UHGV virus genome: UHGV-1554766
Source of the DNA: a virus
Direction: 5' to 3' (one strand)
Length of the DNA: 11,272 nt
A model generated the notes under the pieces. That model did not search any database. It saw nothing but the letters and a program-made list of their open reading frames with translations, and had not been told where the DNA came from. Made by a program: the position numbers and the translations under genes. Below, piece after piece: positions 6,717-11,272 of the stretch; the stretch's first letter is position 1; each line of letters starts with the position of its first letter.

Positions 6717-8915
6717 TTACTGCTGTGGTTGTTGCTGAGTTGATTTTTGCAGGATGCTGCTGATGTCCATGCGCTGCGCATGACCCTGTGCCTGACTTTT
6801 CAGGACAAGCTCTGCATCAGCACGGGCATTGTCTCCTTGCTGTTGCTGGAACTGTCCGAGCAGTTTCAGAGCCTCGCGGATATCAGATTTCTGCTGGCTA
6901 TCGGCAGATGCGAGGATTTTCACAACATTTGCCGCTGCAACCTGAGCATCAGTCTGTGCCTGGAATGCTTTAACCTGAATGGCTGCCTGTTCGTTCTGCG
7001 CTTTCTGCAATTCAGCCTGACCAGCAAGAAGCTGACCTTGCGCTGCAACCATAGCCGGATCTGGCTGACTGGCCTGTTGTTGTTTCGCCTGCTCAACCAT
7101 TTGCTGTTCTTCTGGTGTTCTCGGCTTGATAACCCCAGACAGAAGCAACTGATTGCGGTTGTATTCTTTAAGGTCGTCCATCCCTTCGCCGTCCATATTG
7201 TCGAGAATCATCGACGATACAAGGTCGTGTTTCGGCGTTCCTGGCGGGATAAGTGCCAGCATGGAAAGTAACGACTTAACCGTTGCATCACGGCGAGTAG
7301 CGAACGACTGACCGACATCGACAGTCACTTCATAGTTACCCTGCGAAAGGTCATTAAGCGCGATAACCCGCCCTGTCTGACGGTCAACCACTTCACCAGT
7401 CATCAGCGCCACGTCATCGCTGCCGTCCTCATTAACGATACGCATCGGCGTATCACTGCCATAGACTTCACGAGCCATAGAAAGCCACACGACGCCAGCA
7501 CGGCGCATGGATTTAGCCATGTTGTCCATGTAGATATAGGACTGCGTGTCCATCCGGTTAAAGATGCTATCAACGGTATCGGTAGCGACGTTGCTCGGCA
7601 TGTTCTCAAGCTGCGACGCACCTGTAATTTGCTGAATAGCCGTTCCGGTGTACTGCAATAGCCCGGCAAGAGCAGGAGGCATTTGTGTCGGAGGTGTCCA
7701 GCCAGCAACCTGAGCCTCTGAAATGACCGTTCCGTTTTTGTCCTTCTTGCTGGTCATAGGAAGAACTGCAGGTCTTTTCTTATTCCTCTCTGCCCAGTGA
7801 TTCATTAATGGACCGGGAATGAAATCAACATCCACGATAGGAATGCCATCACCGCCCGCCTGAGTAGCGTTATCTGCAATCATGGAAACCATCAGGTTCT
7901 CAAGACGCTGTGCATCCATCGCTTTTGCTGCGTGGCCTTCGATTCGCTCCTGATTATCAACAAATGAACGACGCCCATATACCGGGATGAGAGGAATATG
8001 TTCGCCAGGAATACGCTTCGGTTCTTCCAGCCATTCAGCGCCAGACAGAAGACCGCAATAAACTCTGCGTTTCTTCACTGTCCGCTCACCAATCAGTTCG
8101 AATGCGCCATCGGTCAGCTCGTCGACAATATCTTTGATTTGCTCTTCATCATAGATTGCCGTTTCTCCGCTAACAGGGTTGCGCCATGCCGTGAGCTTCA
8201 CCTTCTCTATGCGAACTTCGTAGTAGCGACCAACATAGATAGCATCAGGGGTTGACCAGTCATATTGAGTGCCAGTGTCATCACGAGAAAGGCTTGCCGC
8301 GATGGAATCAGGGTATTCAGCCTCGAACGCTTTAGGCGTCATGGAGAACATTTCCATAGCCCACATAGCATCAGAGCGGTCATATTGCTTGCTGTCCTGA
8401 TCGAAGAAGACGCATGTGGCCGGGTCGTAAACAGGAAGAAGGCTGATGCGTCGCTGCTCGTTACTTGGGTCCATTTCATCTTCGTAATCGGCACACATGC
8501 GGAAACAACCGAATCCGCCCGTTACAGCATCATCAAATGCGTTATCACACGCTTCGCCACCGGATGTTTCCTGATAGTCAGCGCGGAATTTGCCGTTCAT
8601 CTTTTCGGCTAACGCTTCCGATGCCTTATCGTCCTTCGGCCTGAATTTAACGCTGATGCGATTCTGTCGATACTCGCCAATGATGCGATCACATTCACGG
8701 GCAATCTTATTCAGTTCAAAGCGCGGGTAATGCTCAAACCTTCCTTCATCAAATGAGTAACCAGCGTTTGTGCTGCCTTCCCACTGTGCGCCGGACACCC
8801 GGACGAAACGTTGAGCCTCAATAATCTGCTCACGCATATCCTGCGTTGCTGACCAGGCATTATCAAAGTTGCACAGCACCTTGCGATGCCAGTCAGTCAT
8901 CTTTTTTTCTGCCAT
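6717..8915 (-). CDS. Portal protein, P22 gp1-like, 732 aa, with C-terminal Gln-rich helical barrel
   Basis: Several segments match P22 portal as I recall it: GEHIPLIPVYG versus GEHIPIVPVFG, and KPRTPEEQQMVEQAKQQQASQPDPAMVAAQGQLLAGQAELQKAQNEQ versus [47 protein letters not shown]. Size near P22 gp1 (725 aa). Start is 1 nt after the large terminase stop. Confidence 0.95.
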   Translation of the reverse strand: MAEKKMTDWHRKVLCNFDNAWSATQDMREQIIEAQRFVRVSGAQWEGSTNAGYSFDEGRFEHYPRFELNKIARECDRIIGEYRQNRISVKFRPKDDKASEALAEKMNGKFRADYQETSGGEACDNAFDDAVTGGFGCFRMCADYEDEMDPSNEQRRISLLPVYDPATCVFFDQDSKQYDRSDAMWAMEMFSMTPKAFEAEYPDSIAASLSRDDTGTQYDWSTPDAIYVGRYYEVRIEKVKLTAWRNPVSGETAIYDEEQIKDIVDELTDGAFELIGERTVKKRRVYCGLLSGAEWLEEPKRIPGEHIPLIPVYGRRSFVDNQERIEGHAAKAMDAQRLENLMVSMIADNATQAGGDGIPIVDVDFIPGPLMNHWAERNKKRPAVLPMTSKKDKNGTVISEAQVAGWTPPTQMPPALAGLLQYTGTAIQQITGASQLENMPSNVATDTVDSIFNRMDTQSYIYMDNMAKSMRRAGVVWLSMAREVYGSDTPMRIVNEDGSDDVALMTGEVVDRQTGRVIALNDLSQGNYEVTVDVGQSFATRRDATVKSLLSMLALIPPGTPKHDLVSSMILDNMDGEGMDDLKEYNRNQLLLSGVIKPRTPEEQQMVEQAKQQQASQPDPAMVAAQGQLLAGQAELQKAQNEQAAIQVKAFQAQTDAQVAAANVVKILASADSQQKSDIREALKLLGQFQQQQGDNARADAELVLKSQAQGHAQRMDISSILQKSTQQQPQQ

Positions 8916-8916
8916 A

Positions 8917-10332
8917 TCAACCTACACCACAAGGAATTGAGTAACTGGAATAGTCGGGTTGCGCAGCCGACTCCGGGCAATGCATACACATCATCAGCGC
9001 ATCAGCCAGGTTAGGAGATGGAATACCGAGCTTCTGCTTCATTTCGACCTTAGTCATTAGCTCCAGCTTCCCGTTGTTATTGAATTTGCGCTGAATCTGC
9101 GTCAGTTCTGCAAACAGCTTCTCCAGCATCTTCTCGCCTATCGCTTCTTTGTCGAAACTCAGCATGTCGTCGGGGTCTGCATACTCACCGTGAACAACCG
9201 CCCGATATGTCAGATACAGCCTGTCAGCCAGCGCGTAATAGAATTGCGCTCGCTTATTGCGGAACACATCGCCAATAGTGCGAACGTTGTCGCCCTGTAC
9301 GACTTCATCAGCCCATGCCCCGGCCTGATACGGCGCATCTTCATCGAATGGCGATTCGCTACCCTTGAACATCGTGGCGGTGATTTTCTTGCCGGAGAAC
9401 GCTTCCGTTGTCTGTCTGCGTAGCCCAGCACCAACACCATCACCATCCCACAGGTAATGGTCAGCGCCGTCTTCAATCGCCAGCGAAGTAGCCCAGTCAG
9501 CACCCTCGTTGATGTCCATCAGCAGACCTTCGGCAATGCGCTTAACCACCGAACCGTGACGCGATGCGTAACCTTTAGCATCTGGCCCTGTATCTGACGG
9601 GTCATGTGCAGAAACAACCGCGCCTTTCGCTTTCCATCCGAGTTTCTTGTGCGCATCGGTTGCGGCTTCAAGCCATTCACGTTTGATGATTGCCATATCA
9701 CTTGCGCTTACTGGCTCACCAAGCCAGATGTGACGATACAGTGTCGGGTTTCTGCGTTTACACTCTTCCATCTCCAGACGGAGAACTTCAGGAAAGTGCG
9801 GGTTGTCGGTGTAGTTCACCGTCAGCAGACAAATATCATCGGGAGGATTTACGACGAATCGCTGATAGGTATCGTCGAGGATGTTTTTTGGGTTAAAGCT
9901 CACCCATATTTCAGAGAACGGCTTACGGATGGTTGGTATCAGGATATCCCATGATTCCTTCGTTACCGCTTCCGCTTCTTCCACCCAGCAGATATCAATG
10001 CCTTCGAGCGATTTAATCTTCGTCGGGTTGTTTTTGATGCCGTAGAACATGAATTCAGCATTCGTTCCGAGATGACGAATCATTGAACGCTGAATTTCAA
10101 ACTCAGCCGAATACCCTTCACGCTCTATGGTGTCTTCAAGCAACCGGATTACCGAATCGCTGATACTGTTTTGCAGTTCACGAGCGCAGAGAATACGCAC
10201 AGGCTGCCGACGCGCCGCTTCAACAAGCAGCCTCGCAATTGCCCATGACTTACCGCTACCTCGACCGCCTTTGGCGACTTTGTAGCGATGCGCCTCAATG
10301 AACGGTTCAAAGATAGGATTAATCGAGGTCAT
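8917..10332 (-). CDS. terL: Terminase large subunit (ATPase/nuclease), Sf6 gp2-like, 471 aa
   Basis: N-terminal Walker A P-loop (VAKGGRGSGKSWA). Size matches Sf6 gp2 (about 470 aa as I recall). Acidic C-terminal half consistent with an RNase H-like nuclease domain. Start overlaps small terminase stop (ATGA). Immediately upstream of portal. Confidence 0.93.
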   Translation of the reverse strand: MTSINPIFEPFIEAHRYKVAKGGRGSGKSWAIARLLVEAARRQPVRILCARELQNSISDSVIRLLEDTIEREGYSAEFEIQRSMIRHLGTNAEFMFYGIKNNPTKIKSLEGIDICWVEEAEAVTKESWDILIPTIRKPFSEIWVSFNPKNILDDTYQRFVVNPPDDICLLTVNYTDNPHFPEVLRLEMEECKRRNPTLYRHIWLGEPVSASDMAIIKREWLEAATDAHKKLGWKAKGAVVSAHDPSDTGPDAKGYASRHGSVVKRIAEGLLMDINEGADWATSLAIEDGADHYLWDGDGVGAGLRRQTTEAFSGKKITATMFKGSESPFDEDAPYQAGAWADEVVQGDNVRTIGDVFRNKRAQFYYALADRLYLTYRAVVHGEYADPDDMLSFDKEAIGEKMLEKLFAELTQIQRKFNNNGKLELMTKVEMKQKLGIPSPNLADALMMCMHCPESAAQPDYSSYSIPCGVG

Positions 10333-10751
10333 TTTCCGAATAGAGTGCTCATCGGTGATGTTTCAATCTGAATTGCGCCGCCGTCCTTACCGACAAGCTC
10401 GTTAGTTACCTTGTCGCCATACTTACGGGGATTCATTCGGGCCAGCGCCCATTTGCGGGTATCAACGCGAAGTCTTGCCTTTGCCACCTCAGCAGCATCT
10501 GGAATCGCATTGTCAGCAATTTCGAATATCTCTTCGAAAATAGAATCAGCTCGTGCCTCAGTTGCCTTCGCGTACTTGTCGCGAAAATCCTCATGCTTTG
10601 CCAACCAGCGGAAAACAGTGGACTTATCCGGCATACCAGGACGCTTACATACTTTCAGCAAACTTTCGCCAGAAGAAAGCAACGAGCAGATATCGTCAGC
10701 CACCTCCGGCATATAATCAGAGGGGCGACCAGCTTTTGGTTCAGTCGCCAT
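10329..10751 (-). CDS. terS: Terminase small subunit, Sf6 gp1-like, 140 aa from ATG 10751 (alternative in-frame ATG at 10757 gives 142 aa)
   Basis: Sequence MATEPKAGRPSDYMPEVADDICSLLSSGESLLKVCKRPGMPDKSTVFRWLAKHEDFRDKYAKATEARADSIFEEIFEIADN matches my recollection of Sf6 gp1 (140 aa, helix-turn-helix DNA-binding domain). The second ATG has better Shine-Dalgarno spacing (GAG about 8 nt upstream). 4-nt overlap with terL. Confidence 0.88.
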   Translation of the reverse strand: MATEPKAGRPSDYMPEVADDICSLLSSGESLLKVCKRPGMPDKSTVFRWLAKHEDFRDKYAKATEARADSIFEEIFEIADNAIPDAAEVAKARLRVDTRKWALARMNPRKYGDKVTNELVGKDGGAIQIETSPMSTLFGK

Positions 10752-10774
10752 ATTCATCTCACTTAATTGTCATT

Positions 10775-10954
10775 TCAGGCTGAGGACTCTTTCGCGCCTT
10801 CAATCAGTGACTGCTTCAGTAATTCGAGTGTACCAATCGCCTCGCATAAACTGATTTCACCATCGTAATCATGGATGACGCTTTCCAGTCGCTCGTATAG
10901 CTCTTGAGTAATTGGGAATTTCTTCTCCTTACCCAAATTGATTACGCGGCTCAC
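10775..10954 (-). CDS. Possible small ORF, 59 codons, GTG-initiated, hypothetical protein (may correspond to the small ORF that precedes gene 3 in P22-like phages)
   Basis: Hand translation: GTG at 10954..10952 preceded by GGAG with a 6-nt spacer (ccGGAGcatgatGTG); open to TGA at 10777..10775. Product (M/V)SRVINLGKEKKFPITQELYERLESVIHDYDGEISLCEAIGTLELLKQSLIEGAKESSA. Start region overlaps the stop of the upstream 80-aa ORF. Below the ORF-track length cutoff and has a non-ATG start, so uncertain. Confidence 0.3.
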   Translation of the reverse strand: MSRVINLGKEKKFPITQELYERLESVIHDYDGEISLCEAIGTLELLKQSLIEGAKESSA

Positions 10955-10955
10955 A

Positions 10956-11198
10956 TCATGCTCCGGTGGTGAACAGGTCTAACGCTTCCTTCGATTTACG
11001 CACCGCTTCGATAGTGCGGGTCGTGATATCTGAATTAGCGCCACCTGACTGGAAGTGAATTTTGAATAGCTCAAGCTTCAGCTCGTCAGTGCCAATGAAT
11101 TGAAATGCTTCTTCTGCGGCTGCGTTCTGGTTCATGACCAGTTTGTAAATCTCTAACTGGAATTTCTGTTCTTCAGTCATGGGAATAATCTCTGCCAT
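10956..11198 (-). CDS. Hypothetical 80-aa protein upstream of the terminase genes (size and position reminiscent of P22 orf80)
   Basis: ORF track 10956..11198. GGAG Shine-Dalgarno 6 nt upstream of ATG (acGGAGccaacaATG). Same strand as the operon. Function unknown. Confidence 0.55.
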   Translation of the reverse strand: MAEIIPMTEEQKFQLEIYKLVMNQNAAAEEAFQFIGTDELKLELFKIHFQSGGANSDITTRTIEAVRKSKEALDLFTTGA

Positions 11199-11272
11199 TG
11201 TTGGCTCCGTTTATCCGTTAAAAGGGATATCAGTTAAGTTATCCCGTGTAGGGTATAAGCCATTATCAAAGC

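Noticed and set aside
8952-8972. Inverted repeat agtcgg-N9-ccgact near the 3' end of terL, just upstream of the portal start
   Set aside because: It lies inside coding sequence, the stem is only 6 bp, and no U-run follows. Likely coincidental, or at most a minor structure affecting coupling; not enough support to call a feature.
356-9701. Minus-strand alternative-frame ORFs (356..547, 1899..2144, 3146..3355, 5354..5545, 5927..6265, 6386..6595, 7403..7708, 9210..9503, 9519..9701)
   Set aside because: They are fully embedded in other reading frames of the longer, homology-supported genes. The peptides are Arg/Ser/Leu-rich with no recognisable features, so they are most likely frame artefacts.
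1193-10783. All plus-strand ORFs in the six-frame track (e.g. 1193..1570, 1571..1918, 4183..4569, 5680..6078, 6132..6464, 6747..7271, 8265..8612, 9604..9954, 10411..10716)
   Set aside because: Each lies antisense within a confidently assigned minus-strand structural gene. The translations are low-complexity or Leu/Ser/Arg/Cys-rich, as expected for the reverse strand of coding DNA, and none has a convincing RBS or synteny support. 4183..4569 also runs straight through the coat terminator hairpin.
10956-10962. ATGATGTGA at the end of the 80-aa ORF as a possible programmed frameshift or reinitiation site
   Set aside because: The ATG-ATG-TGA frame is only two codons long. The GTG start in the adjacent frame with a properly spaced GGAG explains the arrangement more simply as ordinary stop/start overlap.
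1-11272. Searched for CRISPR repeats, tRNA-like sequences, IS inverted repeats, integrase or att sites, and toxin-antitoxin or defence cassettes
   Set aside because: No regularly spaced direct repeats, no cloverleaf-like sequences in the few short non-coding stretches, and essentially no space outside the structural genes. Nothing supports such features in this window.

Overview
The whole window reads as one co-directional, minus-strand late morphogenesis operon of a P22-like (Sf6/HK620-type) podovirus or prophage. My protein-level comparisons are from memory of P22 and Sf6 sequences, not from a database search, so product calls rest on recalled similarity plus gene order. Order on the minus strand (high to low coordinates): 80-aa hypothetical ORF, possible 59-aa GTG-initiated ORF, small terminase, large terminase (Walker A present), portal, scaffolding protein, coat protein, intrinsic terminator, small 62-aa ORF, gp4-like and gp10-like tail accessory factors, tail needle with a C-terminal knob, gp14-like protein, gp7-like ejection protein, and the 5' part of a gp20-like ejection protein that runs off the window start. 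Genes are tightly packed with overlapping or near-overlapping stop/start codons and Shine-Dalgarno motifs. I see no rRNA, tRNA, CRISPR array, IS element, integrase or attachment site. I did not find a convincing novel system here; this is an ordinary, well-understood structural module. The points worth a second look are the tail-needle knob, the terminator plus small ORF directly after the coat gene, the 90-nt portal-scaffold gap, and the small ORFs upstream of the small terminase.
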